Of a stretch of DNA of 64,000 nucleotides, positions 30,057 through 39,948 are shown piece after piece (position 1 is the first letter of the stretch; each line of letters starts with the position of its first letter). Made by a program: the position numbers and the translations under genes. Source of the DNA: Sulfolobales archaeon (lineage in GTDB: Archaea; Thermoproteota; Thermoprotei_A; Sulfolobales; AG1). The stretch is from contig JAWBYA010000002.1 of assembly GCA_038867615.1 (NCBI GenBank), forward strand, positions 1 to 64,000. Direction: 5' to 3'. The notes beneath the pieces were generated by a model, which was not told the origin of the DNA, did not search any database, and was given only the letters and a program-made list of their open reading frames with translations.

Positions 30057-30363
30057 CAAAACACCACCCATAGATCCCCGCCATTCTATTAGATAAACCC
30101 ATAACTTCGCGTAGAGTAATAGAAGGCCCGTACCGTCGACACAGCCAGTTAAATGTGACCCCTATCCACGAGGTTAATAAAACCAGTGCCGAGCAATTAG
30201 CTCAGAGCAAATACTAATAATACTAATCACTATGATGCGAACCTTATATTTGATCCATGGATGGATCAGAGGCGATGTAGATCTACTATAGAGATAGATC
30301 CTTGGAGGAAGAGATTCTGCATAACCATAAATATAAAAAAGATCTATCCTGCTATAGAAATTC

Positions 30364-30999
30364 CTACTTAGAGTTGAAAATTATGATGCTTATAGACTCT
30401 AACACTGCTAGCTGGGGTGCCTTGTTAGAGTATCTTTTTATAGATTCGGAGAGCCCCTTTATAGTAGGTTCAAGATAGGTTTCAAGAAGTCTGGCTGTCT
30501 CTTTGCATGACTCAACACCTTTGGAATCGCCTTTGGCTTCGAAATAAGCCTCTTTAACTTTGATGAATGAGAATAGCTGGAGCATTGGGGCTATATGATC
30601 TGGCATCTCCTCTCTAACCCTGATCCCGTGATTTCTATAGAGACCCGATATCTCGGATTTAAGGCGAATCTTATCCGCATCTCTTACATAGTCAGAGGCA
30701 TATGGAGATATGCCTCCCAGCTCTACCCTTGAGTTGATATCATCAGCCAAGCTGGGGTTCTCGTTCAGAGCGCTTAAAGCCTCTTCAAGCAGAGCCGCTA
30801 TTTCAGGTCTTAACATGCTAGCTATCCGTGTCAGCTTTGTAAAAACTTCTTTTAACTCTTCCCCCCTTGTAGTGAATATCGAAGAGGCATAGTTTAGGAA
30901 AGCAGCCAAGAGCAGTTTTTGAGCATCACCCTCTAGACTCATAAAACACTCACCATATCCATAGACAGTCGTTCCTAGAGCCTCATTTATACCTACCAT
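30364..30999 (-). CDS. TorD/DmsD-family molybdoenzyme chaperone (delta)
   Basis: SPYASDY...ISGLY...EMPDHIA; last gene of the molybdoenzyme operon. Confidence 0.85.
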   Translation of the reverse strand: MVGINEALGTTVYGYGECFMSLEGDAQKLLLAAFLNYASSIFTTRGEELKEVFTKLTRIASMLRPEIAALLEEALSALNENPSLADDINSRVELGGISPYASDYVRDADKIRLKSEISGLYRNHGIRVREEMPDHIAPMLQLFSFIKVKEAYFEAKGDSKGVESCKETARLLETYLEPTIKGLSESIKRYSNKAPQLAVLESISIIIFNSK

Positions 31000-31010
31000 A
31001 ATAGTATGTA

Positions 31011-32009
31011 TTACTCAAGCCTTAGTGTCAAGAGCGAGGTCACACCCTTCCTACTGCCCCTCTCCCCCTTAGAGCCCTCCCATACAGCGAACGCTATGTG
31101 GTATGTGTTTCCAGGCGTTAGTTCTATTTCTCCCTGATCCTTATCTGAAGCTTTTAGTCTCTTCACAATGACGACGCTCCAAACACCGTTTGACCATTTA
31201 CCCTTACCATTCGCATCCTGTGTCCTAGCCGTCACTATTGTGCCTGGTCCTTTTCCTATGATCTTCTCAATGTATTTCCTTTCCAACCTAACCCTGTTTA
31301 TAGGATTGCCCGCGGCAAATGCTGCTAGATAGACCTCTTCCCCCTTAACCTCACCTATTCTAATAGGCTTGGGCTCTGCCTCTTTCACAGTACCCTTGTA
31401 TGGTGGATACGCATCTATAGCAATATTGGGGAACATATCTGTTATATCCTGAAGCCCCTTCTCCGCTTCGAGCTGTAATCTAGCCTCCCAAACCAGCATT
31501 GTGGCTGGGTACTCTGGGGTTCCCATCATCCATGCCTTACCTGCTAGTTCATCTGGTATCGGGTATTTGAGTAGCATGACCGCACAGCGATCGCTGAACC
31601 TATCTACATCCAACCCAAAGTCGGGGGTCTTATCAGCCCATTCGATCCTGAAGGCTATGTTCTCAGCATCGTATAGGGCTTTGACCTTAACACTCTTAAC
31701 TCCAGGGCTTGGTTCGAAGGGCCTCACCATTGCCTGAGGATCTAATGTAAACTCGACTTCCCTGACCAGGTTCCATTTAGGATCGTCAGGATCTATGGGC
31801 ACACTATCTACCCTAGAAGCAGAAATATCAGCCGGAGTCGGAGTCGGAGTAACTGGTGCTGGTGTAGGCTTCGGAGCCTCTGCTGGGGGTCTCTGTGTAA
31901 GCCTAAGGAACGAGGCAATACCTATCGCAACACCTAGTATCGTGGCTGTTATGCCTAGAAATGCTGTTAAAAGCCTCCTTCTAACCCTTCTACCCGTATT
32001 CTTAGCCAT
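31011..32009 (-). CDS. Heme b DOMON-type gamma subunit (ethylbenzene dehydrogenase gamma-like) with an Arg-rich N-terminal signal/anchor
   Basis: RIEWADKT, FSDRCAV, MMG (Met ligand), W.VVI.R.L, IAFAVWEG...ERGSRK (Lys ligand). Confidence 0.85.
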   Translation of the reverse strand: MAKNTGRRVRRRLLTAFLGITATILGVAIGIASFLRLTQRPPAEAPKPTPAPVTPTPTPADISASRVDSVPIDPDDPKWNLVREVEFTLDPQAMVRPFEPSPGVKSVKVKALYDAENIAFRIEWADKTPDFGLDVDRFSDRCAVMLLKYPIPDELAGKAWMMGTPEYPATMLVWEARLQLEAEKGLQDITDMFPNIAIDAYPPYKGTVKEAEPKPIRIGEVKGEEVYLAAFAAGNPINRVRLERKYIEKIIGKGPGTIVTARTQDANGKGKWSNGVWSVVIVKRLKASDKDQGEIELTPGNTYHIAFAVWEGSKGERGSRKGVTSLLTLRLE

Positions 32010-32020
32010 TTGCTATCACC

Positions 32021-33175
32021 TCACACATCGTTCCTCCTATAGACCCCGAGCTTTTCATCATAGTAGGGTCTCACCACTACCTGTTCTGTTATGGGGATCC
32101 TGACGACCTCGTTGCCTTTCTCGTTATAGCCTGCGACATACTCGCCCCCTATAACTTTAAACCTGTGGATTATCCTGTCGGTAGAGTTCGAAAGGATCAG
32201 GGCTCCTATGACCTCCATATCCTGCTTCTCAATCGCCCTCACATAGTTGTTCACAGCCTCCTCGCCCATGGGGCCGAACATCATTCTCACGAAATCCGTG
32301 TTCTTTATATTGATGGGGGGTATGTAGTAAATGTTAGGCTCAAGACCTAGTTGTGGAAGCAGAGGAGCCGCGATCCTCTTTACATGGACTAGGAAGTCTA
32401 TTGGGTTCTCCGGATCCGCTTTCTCAGGTAAGCTTATATAGCCAAACATCCTTATCTTACCTATACAGTTCCTGAAGCACCTCGGTATCTCTCCCTTCTC
32501 CAAGGCTGGATAGCAGAATATACATTTCTCCGAAACCCTTGTTACCGGGTTATAGAAGACCTTTTTATAGGGGCATGACTTCACACACTCCCTATAACCC
32601 CTACACCTGAACTGATCCACGAGGACAACACCGTCGTCCCTCTTATAGATAGCCTGCCTGGGACATGCTGCAAGACATGAGGGGAAGGTGCAGTGGTTAC
32701 ATATCCTTGGTAGGAAGAAGAACCACGGGTCGAAGGGGGCCCTATAGGAGCCCAGCCTTAAGGAGTTGCTAGCCTCACCCTCTCCTATGGCTGGGAAGGC
32801 ATAATCATGGCTCTCAGGCATATAGCCTAGAGCTACCTCGCCCGAGGGCGCAGCCTCGAATATGGTCTTACCTCTATAGACCCAGGCGCTGCCCTCTTTC
32901 CTCCACCTCATAGGCTCGAGCTTAGCAAGCATGGATAGTATTTTTACATCCCAGCGCAGCGGATACGACCCCCAAGGCTTATCCTCAACGTTATTCCATA
33001 GCATGTACTCCTGGCCTCTCCCAGAAGTCCATGTAGTCTTACATGCTACGGTGCAGGTCTGGCAACCTATGCACTTGTTAAGGTTGAATATACCGGCAGC
33101 CTGTCTCTTAGGTCTAGCTGCTGGATATGGGTAATCCATCTCCCTCCCAATCTGCCAATTATAGACCCTGGGCAT
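32021..33175 (-). CDS. Fe-S beta subunit, NxrB/NarH-like
   Basis: MPRVYNWQIGREMDYPY N-terminus typical of Nitrospira-type NxrB; CIGCQTCTVAC, ICNHCTFPSCLAACP, CRGYRECVKSCPY, KCIFCYP. Confidence 0.92.
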   Translation of the reverse strand: MPRVYNWQIGREMDYPYPAARPKRQAAGIFNLNKCIGCQTCTVACKTTWTSGRGQEYMLWNNVEDKPWGSYPLRWDVKILSMLAKLEPMRWRKEGSAWVYRGKTIFEAAPSGEVALGYMPESHDYAFPAIGEGEASNSLRLGSYRAPFDPWFFFLPRICNHCTFPSCLAACPRQAIYKRDDGVVLVDQFRCRGYRECVKSCPYKKVFYNPVTRVSEKCIFCYPALEKGEIPRCFRNCIGKIRMFGYISLPEKADPENPIDFLVHVKRIAAPLLPQLGLEPNIYYIPPINIKNTDFVRMMFGPMGEEAVNNYVRAIEKQDMEVIGALILSNSTDRIIHRFKVIGGEYVAGYNEKGNEVVRIPITEQVVVRPYYDEKLGVYRRNDV

Positions 33176-33181
33176 GTGACA

Positions 33182-36100
33182 TCACCCCTCCACGATCACA
33201 TAACCACCTTTAAGATAGATCTTCATGTCATCATCCTCGTATGTAGGCCTCACCTTCAACCTCACAGGCCTCCAAGGAGATTTCCCATCCTCACCTCCAG
33301 GCTCGAGCTTTACTATTTTGGCGAACCCCTCTCTAGGCGCCCCCACAGGGCTGTGTATATCTGGTGCGAACCCTTTACCCATTACTGCTACTAGCGGCGA
33401 CTTCCTGAATAGATCGTCTGTCATTAGAGTGGGTTTAAGCCATGTCCTCGTAACACTCTGGTGGCCTCCATACCTGAAGGAGGATATATAGCCTGTTCTC
33501 TCGTTTAGTGCCAGCCCATCAGGCCTCTTCTCATGCCCCTCAACGGTTCCATGACTTGCCATGTAGAAGTTAAACCATATCCTAGTCATACCCGGTGGTA
33601 TGCTATTGTTAAACCTGATCCTAGCCACCAGAGTGAAGGCTTTACGCTCCTCGGGCTTCTTATCAAGCCCCATGAAAGGCTCATAATCCGGATCTCCCTC
33701 AACCCTTACATAATCCCCATCGTCTAGTCCAAGCCTCCTCCCATCCTCAGGGTTTATGTCTACATAGCCCTCCGCAACCCAGGGCATCCTTTTATCCCTC
33801 CTGTAAATATCGCCGTATGGTGTGTAGTGTATTGCTAGTATATCGACGTTGCTGCATATGGTATGTATTAGTCCTTTATGCTTCGGGGTTATAATTATAT
33901 GGGTATATCCCTTAGCCTTGAGCGGGTGGCTTGTGGTTTTAACAACACTCCAAGGCTTGGCCACATGCCTAACCTGTCTAACCTCCTGGTCTAGGTTGTT
34001 AGGATCTAGCCCTAGATCTTCTGGCTTTAGAGGTCTTATTGCTTGGTGCGGCTTGTTAAGTATTATAACATTGGGCTCATAAGGCGTCGAGTTAGCAGGC
34101 TCCCTATAGACCGGTATGTTCTCCCCACTCTCTATGAAGGGGACTTCCTCTTTGTAGAACTCAAGCCTCCCAGTCTTAGTCCACCACGGCGCGCTCTCAT
34201 TGGTCTGCTCCCACCCGACAACGCTTGGTGTTGTCCTTGTAGCATACACAAACGGTATACCCTTCTTAGCATACTCCTCCAGCATCTCGTACGTCAGCCC
34301 CTTAGTCGCGTTGCCTGCAGCCAGCACTCTGTTAATATAAACCTCAGCCTTGTTCTCATGGATAAACCTCCAGTAATCCTTCATTCTCGGCTCTCCTAGG
34401 AGCTCGGCCATTTTAGCTGATATCCCAGCCATAACCTCCATATCGTCCTTCGTGTCGAATATCCTTGGCAACGGGGTTCTGGGCCATGCTACTATGAACG
34501 GGGTTGTCACGGTAACGGCTATGTCTGGGAGTTTCCTTTCAATCCAGCTGTCAACCCCGAATACAACGTCGGAGTACTCACATGTTAGAGTCCAGAACCA
34601 TTCTAAGGTTACTATAAGCTCTACTTTGGGTAGAACGTTAACTATAATGTTATAAGCCCATTTAGAGTTGCCGAGCGTCGAGTTAGCGTTTGCAAAGAAC
34701 ACTACCTTGGTTGGTGTGGGCATGTGGGTCTTGCCTGTGAACAGCCTACCAGCAATCTCTAGAGGCCTATCACCATAAGCATAGTAGTGAGCCGACTCTG
34801 CTGTGAAGTAAGATCTAACTCTAGCAGGCTTAGTTGGATCGAGCTCTGGATTGAAGGGATCCTCGGCTGTCCATTGTATTATACCATTAGTTAGCTCGAG
34901 TTTGAAGTTCCCAGCGTAGGTTCCTAAAGTCCCACCCATGTTGCCTATGTTGGCCGTTAAGGCTGCGAGAAGCATTATAGCTCTGTCTTTGAGGTCTCCA
35001 TGGAGGTATTGGTTTATACCCATGCCTAGGACAAAGAGGGTTTTACCCCTATTCTCTGCTATCTTCCTAGCAAGTCTCTCTATAGCCTCGGGCTCCACAC
35101 CCGTTATCTCGGATACTGTCTTCGGATCCATGCTGCTCATCACATACTCCTTCACGAGGTCAAAGACAGGCCTAACCTTGACTCTAGTACCATCTACCAA
35201 TGCAACCTCGAATTCTCCCTCCAATGCGGGGTCTACTCCCAACTCGTCGAAGTATTTGCCAACATGATCCCTTGAGACCACTTTAGGCGAGCCGGTCTTC
35301 AGATCCCAGGCTACGAAATCATCTATCTCATCTCTTAAAGCCTTGGGCCAGAACTGTACCCCTTGGAGCGCAGGGGGCGGGGGCGTCTCTTCAGGAGCTA
35401 TGACCTTAGTCCTGTTCTTGAGCTCCACAGGCTTGTAATCCTTGATTATATCTCTCGCCCTCAGGAATTTCAGGTTATCCATTCTAACAAGCAAGGGCAG
35501 GTCTGTGAACCTCTTGATGAAGGCCTCATCGTAGAGTTTATCCCTGATTATAACGTGAACCAGGCCTAGGGCTAATGCTGTGTCGGTTCCGCTCCTCACA
35601 ACTATATGTTCACGAGCCTGTGTAGCTGTGATCATGTATTCGTTAGATATTGTTATAATCTCAACACCCTTCGTACGAGCCTCTGAAAGCCATTTTGCTA
35701 CAGGCATTTTGGTCGAAACCCAGTTCATGCCCCAGATTATCGCGAGCCTTGCATGCTCCACCAGGTGTAGGTGGAAGTCTACAGCCTTAATCCCTGCTGT
35801 CATAGGCTGCCCCGGCGCCAAGTCGGTATGCCAGGCATAGTTATCCCAGGCTCTTCCACCTGCAGCCTTATCTGGGCCTACACCTCTGATCTTAGCGTCT
35901 AGTAGTGCGAGCATGTTGGCGAATCTCCAGAGAGAGGTTATCCTCATGGGGGCATTGAGAGGCATGCCAGCTCTAAACTTAAATGTTCTAACCCCAGCCT
36001 CGCTTACGGTCTCAACCATTTTGGGATGATAGCCTTGTTTGAGTAGCTTCTCAGCACCTGCCTTTCCACTATATGTCTCAGCTATATTGATCAACGCTTT

Positions 36101-36691
36101 GGCTACTATCTCGAACGCCTTATCCCACGGAACCTTTACAAACCTTTCCTTACCCCTACCCTCAAAATATCTAGCCGGAGGCAGTCCGGTCTCAGGGTCT
36201 CTGGGGAACCCGTCTTCAACCCATCTGAGGAAGCCTTCCCTGATATATGCGCCCTTAACCCTTCTATTAGAGTAAGCCCTCCTAGCTATAGCTACACCTG
36301 TAGGACATGTCATGGGATCCCATCTATGGGAAACCTTGTTACCATAAACATCCATAGCCTCTCCATAGCCATAGCTTGGATCTACATAGACCACAATACC
36401 GTTCTTAACAGCGGCTCTCAATATACACACGAAAGTGCAGTTGGGAACGCATGAGAACATGAACGTCTCGTCAGGCTCATAGATCCTCTTATAAACATCC
36501 TCCCAACCCCTGCCATAAGGATATGCCTCCAGCGGGTTGAAACCCTCAAGAGGCATTAGATACCTGTATACAAGAACCCCTTCAGGGATTAGGGTTGAAA
36601 ACGCAAGGGCCAGAGAACCTTTAACAGTGAGTGTGAGGAACTCTCTCCTCGAGATAGCAACATCTAGACCTTCTAACCTTGGCTCCGATAT
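33182..36691 (-). CDS. Molybdo-bisPGD catalytic alpha subunit, periplasmic NXR/Nar-like, with TAT signal (probable ATA start)
   Basis: The frame extends upstream to ISEPRLEGLDVAISRREFL plus a hydrophobic segment; FS0 motif CVPNCTFVC...C; TFKFRAGM; WDNYAWHTDL (Asp Mo ligand); FTGKTHMPTPTK; FRYGGHQSVTR. Confidence 0.92.
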   Translation of the reverse strand: MSEPRLEGLDVAISRREFLTLTVKGSLALAFSTLIPEGVLVYRYLMPLEGFNPLEAYPYGRGWEDVYKRIYEPDETFMFSCVPNCTFVCILRAAVKNGIVVYVDPSYGYGEAMDVYGNKVSHRWDPMTCPTGVAIARRAYSNRRVKGAYIREGFLRWVEDGFPRDPETGLPPARYFEGRGKERFVKVPWDKAFEIVAKALINIAETYSGKAGAEKLLKQGYHPKMVETVSEAGVRTFKFRAGMPLNAPMRITSLWRFANMLALLDAKIRGVGPDKAAGGRAWDNYAWHTDLAPGQPMTAGIKAVDFHLHLVEHARLAIIWGMNWVSTKMPVAKWLSEARTKGVEIITISNEYMITATQAREHIVVRSGTDTALALGLVHVIIRDKLYDEAFIKRFTDLPLLVRMDNLKFLRARDIIKDYKPVELKNRTKVIAPEETPPPPALQGVQFWPKALRDEIDDFVAWDLKTGSPKVVSRDHVGKYFDELGVDPALEGEFEVALVDGTRVKVRPVFDLVKEYVMSSMDPKTVSEITGVEPEAIERLARKIAENRGKTLFVLGMGINQYLHGDLKDRAIMLLAALTANIGNMGGTLGTYAGNFKLELTNGIIQWTAEDPFNPELDPTKPARVRSYFTAESAHYYAYGDRPLEIAGRLFTGKTHMPTPTKVVFFANANSTLGNSKWAYNIIVNVLPKVELIVTLEWFWTLTCEYSDVVFGVDSWIERKLPDIAVTVTTPFIVAWPRTPLPRIFDTKDDMEVMAGISAKMAELLGEPRMKDYWRFIHENKAEVYINRVLAAGNATKGLTYEMLEEYAKKGIPFVYATRTTPSVVGWEQTNESAPWWTKTGRLEFYKEEVPFIESGENIPVYREPANSTPYEPNVIILNKPHQAIRPLKPEDLGLDPNNLDQEVRQVRHVAKPWSVVKTTSHPLKAKGYTHIIITPKHKGLIHTICSNVDILAIHYTPYGDIYRRDKRMPWVAEGYVDINPEDGRRLGLDDGDYVRVEGDPDYEPFMGLDKKPEERKAFTLVARIRFNNSIPPGMTRIWFNFYMASHGTVEGHEKRPDGLALNERTGYISSFRYGGHQSVTRTWLKPTLMTDDLFRKSPLVAVMGKGFAPDIHSPVGAPREGFAKIVKLEPGGEDGKSPWRPVRLKVRPTYEDDDMKIYLKGGYVIVEG

Positions 36692-37138
36692 GGAGACCTC
36701 ACCCCGCAGTGTGTGCCGTGGTAGTATGATAAGTTAAGCTAAATCAGCTGCACCTTAATAATAAGATGCCCGGTCTAAAATCTACTCACATATAAAAACC
36801 TATGAAATAGTGCATCTTTACAAGAATATGCAGAACTATATATGGATATATAGAGATACATAGATCACTATTCAAAGATCTTTGAAAAAGAAGCACCACA
36901 CAGCATTGCTTAGATCTCATATCATCGATGCTGTTTAACACCAATAACTCTTTATCCTTGGTCCGTGTTGCTAAAAACCTGCCCCAGCTATTAACCAAAC
37001 CCCCGTACGAAAGGCTTATAATCAGTTCAATAATAAAAGTAAGGCCTACTTACCAACGGGGTTGAGGAGGAATTGGGAAGGTAAAGATATTAAGGTGTGT
37101 TAGTCAACATATTTTAGAGCGATGGTGGAGGAAGCAGG

Positions 37139-37813
37139 TTGGCTAGATCTATATATCACTATATAGCTGAGGCTTGGAAGAGGCCTCGTGAGGGTGAGCT
37201 CGGTAGGCTTAACAGGGCTAGGATTATTGAGTGGAGGAAAGAGGAAACCGTGGTTAGGATCGATAAGCCGACGAGGCTTAACAGGGCTAGGAGCATCGGG
37301 TACAAGGCTAAACAGGGTTTCATTGTAGTAAGGGTCAGGGTTAGCAAGGGTGGGAGAGAGAAGCCGAGACCTAACAAGGGTAGAAGGCCTAAGAGAATGG
37401 GTGTCTATGGCTACTCCCCCGAGAAGAGTCTCCAGCTAATAGCAGAGGAGACAGCTGCTAGAAAATACAGAGGGCTCGAGGTTCTTGGGAGCTACTATGT
37501 TGGGGAGGATGGCGAGCATAAGTGGTACGAAGTGATCCTAGTAGATCCGAATCTACCCACTATAAAGAGCGACCCAGACATAAACTGGATCACCCATCCA
37601 TCCCAGAGGGGCAGGGTGTTTAGAGGAAAAACCATGGCTGGTAGGAAGATGAGAGGGCTTCTAAGCAGCAGAGGGCTTAAGGGTACGCATCACTATAAGT
37701 GGAAGAAGAAGCAGAAGGAGAGGGAGGAGAGGAGAAGGCACGAAGCGTCAAGAGGAGCTAGGGTTATACTACCCCAGGAGAAATACGAGGAGGTTTTTGG
37801 AGAGCCTAAATAA
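37139..37813 (+). CDS. rpl15e: 50S ribosomal protein L15e
   Basis: [37 protein letters not shown]. Confidence 0.97.
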   Translation: MARSIYHYIAEAWKRPREGELGRLNRARIIEWRKEETVVRIDKPTRLNRARSIGYKAKQGFIVVRVRVSKGGREKPRPNKGRRPKRMGVYGYSPEKSLQLIAEETAARKYRGLEVLGSYYVGEDGEHKWYEVILVDPNLPTIKSDPDINWITHPSQRGRVFRGKTMAGRKMRGLLSSRGLKGTHHYKWKKKQKEREERRRHEASRGARVILPQEKYEEVFGEPK

Positions 37814-37860
37814 AAAGAACAGCCAGTATCTCTTTCCAGAGTTTTTAAAACCACGCCCAG

Positions 37861-38367
37861 CTAGCTATTAATAATCCCTAATATTTTGTCTTTTAGAAAT
37901 GATGGGTTGTTGGATACAGCTATATATATAGTTGCCTCCTCTCCTTTTTTGAGAAAATCTATTAAATCTCTTCTGAGATCAGCTGCAGCCTTATTAGATC
38001 TCAGCATTATGGTGTTTGGCGCTATGTATGTGCTCCTCCTAGCAATAATCTTAACAGGGTCGCTTAGCTCGAGACCAGGGTCGCCATACCCTATAGCCAT
38101 ATCCCATATATTGTTAACAACAATCACTATCGCTACCACCCAGCCCTTTTTTATCCTATCCCTCAGTTCTGGGTCTAGATCTCTTATAGATTTATTAGCA
38201 GATATAGCTATTATGCAGTCGCCCCTCGGCGTGAGGCTATCCTCCCTCGTTATCTCAAACGTTGTTCTATGTGTAGCCCTTATATTCCTATGACCCCTGG
38301 CATATACCTTGTCAACATAGATCTCGTCATGACCAGACACTAGATCTCCCTCAACACTATACCCCAA
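37861..38367 (-). CDS. DUF371 family protein
   Basis: ARGHRNIRATHRTTFEITRE...LTPRGDCII...SNKAAADL. Confidence 0.88.
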   Translation of the reverse strand: MGYSVEGDLVSGHDEIYVDKVYARGHRNIRATHRTTFEITREDSLTPRGDCIIAISANKSIRDLDPELRDRIKKGWVVAIVIVVNNIWDMAIGYGDPGLELSDPVKIIARRSTYIAPNTIMLRSNKAAADLRRDLIDFLKKGEEATIYIAVSNNPSFLKDKILGIINS

Positions 38368-39947
38368 TCACGGGGGCTTATCACCATCTGCCTCAATATC
38401 GATGCAACCTCAACGCTCCATGGAATCTCTCTCGAGTAGTAGATAATGATCCTCGATACATTGCCCCTGATCCTGGTTACAAGCCTATAGATCTCCTCAC
38501 CGAGATTCCTAATAAGGCTCAGCTCTACAGACTCAGGCGCCTCGTGCTGTGAGAACGGATATGTCTCCTCAAGATCCTCTGGGATTGCCCCAAAATACGG
38601 TGTATAGAAAAACACAAAAACATCTTCAAGCAGGGATTCTCTTGATAGATCTCCGAGAGCCCTTGCATAGAGAGGAGAGCTGGAGAAAGGCTTGATAGAA
38701 CCATCCCCAGGGATCATCGCAACAATCTTCATACCAGGGATTCTCTTCTCAACAACGTAGGAGAGGTATCTGTTAAGCCTCTCCATGGTTCTTATCATCT
38801 GCGGCTTGTATCTAGATGTGGAGTCATATATGAATAACCCCCTCCTCCCCTTAGAATATGGTGAGTATTTCTCTATCTTATCCGAGCCCATAACGATCCT
38901 GTTCATTGCGTCTAGCAATGATGGGTGGGATCTTGATCTCTCGACCAAGAGATCCCATAACCTTCCCTCCCTGATATAGGTCTTAACCCTCCTAACCTCC
39001 TTATCGATCATGTATAGGTTATGTCTTGCTATCAACCCAACCCTCTCCCTACGATCCATCTCTAACAGATCCTTTGGCGAGTATTTAGAACAAACAGGGC
39101 AGCTGCATGGAAAAACCTCGAGCTCCTCAACCCTCTCGGTTCCATACTCAGTTATATATCTATTATCCTTGGCGTAGAGCATATAGCTCGCAGAATCAAA
39201 CATATCTATACCCAAGGCTATCGCGAAGGGTAGTATCATTGGATGCCCCGCGCCGAATAAATGCACTGGATAGCTTGGGAGGAGCTCTTCCTTAGCTGTT
39301 ATTATCATATCTATTATTTTTGAATACCTATAGCTTTGGAGAAAAGTAACAGGGCTTCCTATAGCATAGAGAGAGTAGCCATCAAGCTCTCTAGCCTCTC
39401 TAGCAGATCTCCTCACAAGATCTAGATAAGCTCCCCCCTGTATTGGGAGAACCCAGAGGGTCTCTGACCTTGACACTATATCTATAACCTCTCGAGCCCT
39501 TCTGAGGGTCTCCTCAACACTGTGTAGGGCTTCACTATAGCTTGAACTTTCTTTTGTTGGTATATCGAGTATAACTGCTATATCGCTTCCAAGCCTCTCC
39601 TGGAACTCGACGATCTCTCTGTTACCTACATCAACGCTCCCATAGACCATATGCTGATAGGCTCCTGAATCGGTCATCACGATCCCGCTAAAACCTATAG
39701 TACCTTTAACTCCCCTCTCGGCAGCGGATTCTCCGTATGTTTTTTTGATCAGATATGCATTGGTTATAATAGCTTTGAAGCCCATCTTCTCGATCTCGTT
39801 TGCAGGGAGGATCGCCTTATCCCCAACCTGCTCCACAGGATCTATTACTGGTAAAAAAACAGGTGTTTCGAGTCTTCCACTCTTGGTCTCTATCACACCT
39901 ATCCTTCCCATCAGATCCTTATCCTTGATCTGGAAGTTGTCAGGCAT
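38340..39947 (-). CDS. tgtA: Archaeosine tRNA-guanine transglycosylase
   Basis: ETPVFLPV, MTDSGAYQ, LDIPT, PIQGG, HLFGAGHP, DMFDSASY and the CSCPVC Zn site. Confidence 0.95.
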   Translation of the reverse strand: MPDNFQIKDKDLMGRIGVIETKSGRLETPVFLPVIDPVEQVGDKAILPANEIEKMGFKAIITNAYLIKKTYGESAAERGVKGTIGFSGIVMTDSGAYQHMVYGSVDVGNREIVEFQERLGSDIAVILDIPTKESSSYSEALHSVEETLRRAREVIDIVSRSETLWVLPIQGGAYLDLVRRSAREARELDGYSLYAIGSPVTFLQSYRYSKIIDMIITAKEELLPSYPVHLFGAGHPMILPFAIALGIDMFDSASYMLYAKDNRYITEYGTERVEELEVFPCSCPVCSKYSPKDLLEMDRRERVGLIARHNLYMIDKEVRRVKTYIREGRLWDLLVERSRSHPSLLDAMNRIVMGSDKIEKYSPYSKGRRGLFIYDSTSRYKPQMIRTMERLNRYLSYVVEKRIPGMKIVAMIPGDGSIKPFSSSPLYARALGDLSRESLLEDVFVFFYTPYFGAIPEDLEETYPFSQHEAPESVELSLIRNLGEEIYRLVTRIRGNVSRIIIYYSREIPWSVEVASILRQMVISPRDWGIVLREI

Positions 39948-39948
39948 T

